The position numbers and the translations under genes are program-made. A DNA stretch of 64,000 bases, taken from the IMG/VR virus record IMGVR_UViG_3300021432_000002, positions 124-64,123 of that record; one strand, 5' to 3'. This stretch comes from a virus (Duplodnaviria; Caudoviricetes). A model generated the notes under the pieces. The model was not told the origin of the DNA and did no database searches. It saw only the letters and a program-made list of their open reading frames with translations. Below, in pieces: positions 63,985-64,000 of the stretch (positions are counted from its first letter, which is position 1; every line of letters starts with the position of its first letter).

Positions 63985-64000
63985 CTCATTCGTAGGATTC

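Noticed and set aside
63997-64000. ATTC at both window ends as a terminal repeat
   Set aside because: 4 nt is too short to mean anything; the window edge is arbitrary

Overview
The window looks like almost the whole genome of a ~64 kb, GC-rich tailed phage, opened between the portal and capsid genes. The + arm runs 54029->64000 and continues 1->31490. It carries packaging genes (TerL, portal), scaffold and major capsid, two adaptor-like proteins, a nozzle and three ejection-type proteins. There is no tape measure, so the virion is probably podovirus-like. The - arm (53262->31402) carries small early genes, a Topo VI-A-like TOPRIM protein, UvrD- and Pif1-type helicases, a Cas4/Sak4/SSB-like recombination set, a UDG-fused family A DNA polymerase, a Dam-type methyltransferase, a Tad1/Acb2-like protein and a GH73 lysin cassette. 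I recognised no integrase, primase or DnaB. The secreted-protein style (ASH/choice-of-anchor D Ig domains) suggests an Acidobacteriota host; this is inference. The main observation is that the tail fibre/spike proteins and other late-operon proteins carry classical Sec signal peptides and closely paired cysteines. This points to receptor-binding parts folded in the periplasm and added to the virion outside the cytoplasm. Other notable items are a PolA with paired substitutions at the steric-gate Glu and O-helix Tyr, a dense GTNAC array between the two arms, a recurring (S)R(M/T)TPPP motif in ejection proteins, several tiny basic head-region peptides, and homing endonucleases with recoded flanks, including one remnant. 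All family calls come from reading motifs by eye; no searches were run.
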